Source: a virus (Duplodnaviria > Caudoviricetes). Taken from it: a stretch of 47,406 bases of DNA. The stretch is taken from positions 1-47,406 of IMG/VR virus record IMGVR_UViG_3300028388_002571. One strand, written 5' to 3'. The notes under the pieces are model-generated. The model did not search any database. It was not told the origin of the DNA and saw nothing but the letters and a program-made list of their open reading frames with translations. Positions 44,442 to 47,406 of this stretch are shown in pieces (position 1 is the first letter of the stretch; every line of letters starts with the position of its first letter). The position numbers were made by a program, and so were the translations under genes.

Positions 44442-45408
44442 CACCGGCCGCTACTGCGCAGGCGACATCGCCAAGTTCGCGAAACGCCTGTTCGACATCG
44501 CCAATCACAAGCCCCTACAGCAACTCATCCCGCCAGTACCGGAGAACGCCGCACCGCTACTCGCGGAGCTTTACCGGGGAGACCCCCCAGACGCCTACAC
44601 CGCCCCCGTGAGGGTGCAACGCGACGGGATAGACCGGAACCAAGCCTGGGTGGCCTTCAGCGGCGGGAAGGACAGCACAGCGGTCGCGATCAAGCTCAAG
44701 GATCAGGGCCACCGAGTCACGCTGTTCAACGTTGTGGGGATGAATCCCGCATACCCCGAGGAACTAAAAGCCGCCAAGGCCACCGCCGCCCGGCTCGGGT
44801 GCCGCCTCAAGATCATGGAGGCCGCCATCACCCAGGCCCAGGAGTACGTCGAGAACCCGGCGAAGAACCAAGTCATCCTCGGGCTGATGATCGACGCGGG
44901 CCTCAAGGCCCCGGCGGCCGGCACCTACGCGATGGGGATCATGACGACCGAGGAGGCCGCCGACGTTGCGTTCGAGTGGGGATATAGCGACGCCATCGAG
45001 ATGCAGCGCGCAGCCAAAGCCGCGTATGAGGACATGGCCCCTGGCATAGAGGTCAAGACCGAACTCCTCGCCAACGAGCGCGACAGCTACCAGACCATCG
45101 TCGAGCGCGACGAAGGGCTGCTCCAGACGATTCAGAGTTGCATGACGCCCGTGCGCTACCGCCGGATGCACCACCAGCGCAACCGGGACCGCTACGGCGC
45201 GAGCATCATGGAGAACCGCTGCGGCAGTTGCTACAAGTGCGCCCAGGAAATCCTGATCCTCCAGGGCCTCGGCGCCCTACCCCCGCACCCGAAGCTCAAA
45301 AACCACGCCATCGACGTTCTCGTCCGAAACGCCACCAAGCTGATCGGCCCCCACGCCGAGCGCATGACAACCGGCGAGGTCGTCACCTACTTCACGGAGG
45401 GACGATGA
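44431..45408 (+). CDS. QueC-like PP-loop ATPase
   Basis: VAFSGGKDS PP-loop and QSC...CGSCYKC zinc-site pattern as in QueC. Confidence 0.8.
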   Translation: MSLNTGRYCAGDIAKFAKRLFDIANHKPLQQLIPPVPENAAPLLAELYRGDPPDAYTAPVRVQRDGIDRNQAWVAFSGGKDSTAVAIKLKDQGHRVTLFNVVGMNPAYPEELKAAKATAARLGCRLKIMEAAITQAQEYVENPAKNQVILGLMIDAGLKAPAAGTYAMGIMTTEEAADVAFEWGYSDAIEMQRAAKAAYEDMAPGIEVKTELLANERDSYQTIVERDEGLLQTIQSCMTPVRYRRMHHQRNRDRYGASIMENRCGSCYKCAQEILILQGLGALPPHPKLKNHAIDVLVRNATKLIGPHAERMTTGEVVTYFTEGR

Positions 45409-46037
45409 CCCCAGAGGCACCCAACTGGATCGCCGGCGACAGCCGCAACGTCGACACGCTGATCCCCGAGGACGAACAGGTCGACATGATCTTCAGCTGT
45501 CCGCCCTACGCGGACCTCGAGGTCTACAGCGACGACCCGGCCGACATCAGCAACATGGGCTATGACGAGTTCCTCGCCGTCTACCGGGAGATCATCGCCA
45601 AGTCCTGCCAGCGCCTACGGGACAACCGGTTCGCCGTGTTCGTTGTGGGCGACGTGCGCGACAAGGGCGGGTTCTACCGCAACTTCGTGGCCGACACGAT
45701 CCAAGCGTTCGAGGACGCCGGCCTCAGGTTCTACAACGAGGCGATCCTCGTCACCCCGACCGGCAGCCTAGCGATGCGCGCCGGCAAGATGTTCCGCACC
45801 GCCCGCAAGCTGGGCAAGGGACACCAGAACGTCCTCGTGTTCGCCAAGGGCAAGCCCGAGGCCCAGGGCATAGACAACCTCGCCGAGTTTATGTCGGGGT
45901 GGTTCGAAGACCACCGCCAGTTGCTCGTATCGCACGAAAAGGTGCTGGTGTTCGCCAAGGGCGACCCGAAGGCCGCCAGCGAGGAACTCGGGGTCGCGGT
46001 AGTCGACGACCCGGAAGCGTTCGAGGGGGTCGCATGA
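45405..46037 (+). CDS. Catalytic half of a DNA amino-methyltransferase
   Basis: GGAGG RBS, ATG 45405; WIAGDS and DMIFSCPPYADLEVYS (motif IV), VVGDVRD, HQNVLVF.KG. Confidence 0.85.
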   Translation: MTPEAPNWIAGDSRNVDTLIPEDEQVDMIFSCPPYADLEVYSDDPADISNMGYDEFLAVYREIIAKSCQRLRDNRFAVFVVGDVRDKGGFYRNFVADTIQAFEDAGLRFYNEAILVTPTGSLAMRAGKMFRTARKLGKGHQNVLVFAKGKPEAQGIDNLAEFMSGWFEDHRQLLVSHEKVLVFAKGDPKAASEELGVAVVDDPEAFEGVA

Positions 46038-46450
46038 GCTACACCAGTTTCCTCGCAAAGAACGGGCCCAGCCTTATCCACGGCCAGGGCTGCCTAGCCC
46101 GGTTCGACATACAGCAGGGCGAGATAATCGGCGCCTTCAACGGCAAGTGGCTGGTGCTGGCGATGGGGGAGAGGGAGCCCAAGTATCCCCGCGGGCTCGA
46201 CGGGCGGTATTGCATCGACGTCCACCGGTTCAGGCAGGACGGCAAAGAGTACTGCGTCGTGCTTAACCCGATCATCCACGGCAAGACGCCCATCGACCGG
46301 ATAAACCATTCCGACGAGCCGAACTGCACAGTGCACGGGCTCGCCGTTGTTGCGGCCGAGGACATACCCCGCGGCGACGAGTTGAGCATCGACTATCGGA
46401 CGCTCGACTGCACCCCGCTGATGTTCACGCCGGACTACGGCGAGGAGTAA
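46034..46450 (+). CDS. SET-domain methyltransferase
   Basis: IHGQGCLARFDIQQGEII, RINHSDEPNC and AAEDIPRGDELSIDY match the SET signature motifs. Confidence 0.88.
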   Translation: MSYTSFLAKNGPSLIHGQGCLARFDIQQGEIIGAFNGKWLVLAMGEREPKYPRGLDGRYCIDVHRFRQDGKEYCVVLNPIIHGKTPIDRINHSDEPNCTVHGLAVVAAEDIPRGDELSIDYRTLDCTPLMFTPDYGEE

Positions 46451-46455
46451 CAGCG

Positions 46456-46893
46456 ATGGCAAGGTCGAAAACCGGAGCGGCCCGAATAAGCAAGGCGGAA
46501 GCGATGAAGCGCGCCGTCCAGCTACGCCGCACCGGCATGACCCAACGCCAGATCGGCGAGGCCATAGGCCGATCAGCCGGACAGGTATGCCGCCTCCTCA
46601 ACGAGGCCCTGACCGAGTATCGCCAGGAGACCGAGAAGGAAGTCGCCGAACTCCGCGCCTGGGAAAGCCAGCGTCTCGACACCGTACTCAGGGCCGCCAT
46701 GCCCCAGGCCATCAACGGCCACCTGGGCGCGATAGACCGGGTGATCCGCATAACCCAGGAACGCGCCAAGCTCTACGGGCTCTATGCGCCGACCAAGATC
46801 GCCCCGACCGACCCCGACGGCCGAAAGCAGTTCGGCGGGTTGGCGGCGTTGCTCGCACAGCACCGGCAGGACGATGAAGGGGATGACTCTTAG
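46456..46893 (+). CDS. terS: Terminase small subunit (HTH)
   Basis: HTH (GMTQRQIGEAIG), ERAKLYGLYAP; directly upstream of terL. Confidence 0.75.
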   Translation: MARSKTGAARISKAEAMKRAVQLRRTGMTQRQIGEAIGRSAGQVCRLLNEALTEYRQETEKEVAELRAWESQRLDTVLRAAMPQAINGHLGAIDRVIRITQERAKLYGLYAPTKIAPTDPDGRKQFGGLAALLAQHRQDDEGDDS

Positions 46894-47406
46894 CGCGGTG
46901 GACACCCGGCGCGACGAGGAACTCGAAGCCTACCTGGAGCTTCGACGCCTCTGGCGCCCGGACCCCGAACGCTACGCCTTCGAGCGCCTGGGCCTGCGCC
47001 CCACCCACCAGCAGCGCCGCATCCTACAGGCCATCGCCGACGACGGCGCCAAAGTCACGGTCCGCTCAGGCCACGGCACCGGCAAAAGCGGCAGTTGCGC
47101 CGGAGCGATCTGGTGGTTCCTCGAAACCCGCGACTTCGCCAAGGTGCCCTGCACCGCCCCGACCAGCGCCCAGCTGCGCGACGTGCTGTGGGCGGAACTC
47201 GGCAAGTGGATGCGGAACTCCGACGCCCGGGCCGCCCGGATGGGCATCACCCCGGAGTTTTGGCTGGGGCGGCTGTTCAGGCTCACCAGTGATCGCGTCT
47301 ACGACCCGACCGCGAAGACCGAGTGGTTCGCCACCGCCCGGACCAGCAGCCGCGACAACCCGGACGCCCTACAGGGGTTCCACGCCAGCAACTTCGAGAT
47401 CAGCGA
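46883..47406 (+). CDS. terL: Terminase large subunit, N-terminal ATPase part (runs off the window)
   Basis: Translated by hand from ATG 46883: PTHQQ, VTVRSGHGTGKS (Walker A), TAPTSAQL, PDALQGFHAS. Confidence 0.92.
   Translation, partial: MTLSAVDTRRDEELEAYLELRRLWRPDPERYAFERLGLRPTHQQRRILQAIADDGAKVTVRSGHGTGKSGSCAGAIWWFLETRDFAKVPCTAPTSAQLRDVLWAELGKWMRNSDARAARMGITPEFWLGRLFRLTSDRVYDPTAKTEWFATARTSSRDNPDALQGFHASNFEIS

Noticed and set aside
44431-45408. Complete 7-deazaguanine DNA modification pathway
   Set aside because: Only a QueC-like gene is present; folE, queD, queE and dpdA were not found

Overview
This window is a nearly complete, circularly permuted genome of a GC-rich temperate tailed phage (siphovirus-like, probably with a gammaproteobacterial host), opened inside the terminase large subunit gene. 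The + strand late region (1-26364) carries terL, a Mu gp29-like portal, a MuF head protein extended by kinase-like and ADP-ribosyltransferase domains, protease/scaffold, lambda D/E-like capsid genes, neck genes, a lysis cassette, tail tube, tape measure and LamG-repeat tail-tip genes. A leftward early arm (26361-38702) holds small host-takeover ORFs, attP (3' half of tRNA-Val(CAC)), a broken integrase, excisionase, recombination genes and a frameshifted repressor. The rightward arm (38836-47406) encodes Cro, replication genes, SSB, RusA, an unusual modification cluster (split DNA methyltransferase, QueC-like enzyme, SET-domain protein) and terS/terL. The standout is 31184-32860: a stand-alone Cas7/RAMP-like gene flanked by four non-coding arrays of GGY-NN pentamers (constant GGY, variable dinucleotide), punctuated by an identical 63-bp three-hairpin repeat. 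This is a candidate non-CRISPR RNA-guided system whose guide information lies in the interspersed dinucleotides. Other candidates are an FtsZ-tail mimic peptide, a GyrB-arm-like motif, a structured leader RNA and a genome-wide operator motif. All family assignments come from motif reading by eye; no searches were run.
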